Below are positions 34,936-35,352 of a DNA stretch of 35,352 nt, one piece after another (positions within the stretch are counted from its first letter, which is position 1; each line of letters begins with the position of its first letter). The DNA lies in assembly GCF_947568905.1 (NCBI RefSeq), contig NC_079170.1:83824001-83859352 (forward strand). Direction: 5' to 3'. The position numbers were made by a program, and so were the translations under genes. A model generated the notes under the pieces. It ran no database searches. It worked only from the letters and a program-made list of their open reading frames with translations, and had not been told where the DNA came from. This DNA comes from Ostrea edulis (taxonomy: Eukaryota).

Positions 34936-35352
34936 CGGTACAAATTATTTATTTTGTAAAGATATCAATATTATGGTATTCTATGAATACAATGGGGAAA
35001 TAGCTCTGTTAAATATGTACAGCCTACATTCTGTCTTTTTAAACAATTCCTTTCCAAAACGAAGCTGAGTGTTGACCACGTGACTATCTTAGCATACCAC
35101 GTGCTCTTTTCCTCAGCAATTCTATGTAACTATATCCTTTAATGTTTTACTTTACACACAATGAATTTAGTGTGATATGCTCTTTTCCATAAACCTATGG
35201 ACACCTTTTTTTCCCCTTTCCAACAACGTGTGAAGAAGGCGCGCGCAATGTATCGCGTTATACAAATAAGCCATTATAAGACCAACCGATGATGTTCCAG
35301 AGTTCGGCCATCATTGATCCGTTAGCCGTGTTAGTAGTATAGTGATATTAAT

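Noticed and set aside
34568-35068. ORFs 34568-34813, 34739-35068 and 34818-35003
   Set aside because: Read-through of a SINE and a (TAG)n microsatellite.
35230-35352. CpG-rich segment that may be the end of another repeat
   Set aside because: Cut by the window edge; no diagnostic termini can be verified.

Overview
AT-rich eukaryotic genomic DNA, most likely a bivalve mollusc (oyster-like, inferred from the repeat families recognised). There is a 153-N assembly gap at 9392-9544. Only one host coding exon is well supported: minus strand 5902-6384, a 161-aa Pro/Ser-rich N-terminus ending at a canonical phase-0 GT donor, gene not identified. Upstream of it lies a cluster of PBX/MEIS-type and nuclear-receptor DR1 motifs. 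The right half is a mosaic of mobile DNA: several tRNA-derived SINEs; two oppositely oriented non-autonomous Helentron-associated (HINE/pearl-like) elements with ~160-180 bp core repeats; a complete 367-bp TRIM whose LTRs each carry a tRNA-like cloverleaf (Helenus-type, with PBS, PPT and 4-bp TSD); and a ~4.4 kb 33-35 bp minisatellite split by a 5'-truncated, frameshifted Penelope-like RT (probably Naiad clade). An older inverted fragment of the same retroelement lies at 25970-26330. Most ORFs in the supplied track are spurious. Family names come from recall, not database searches.
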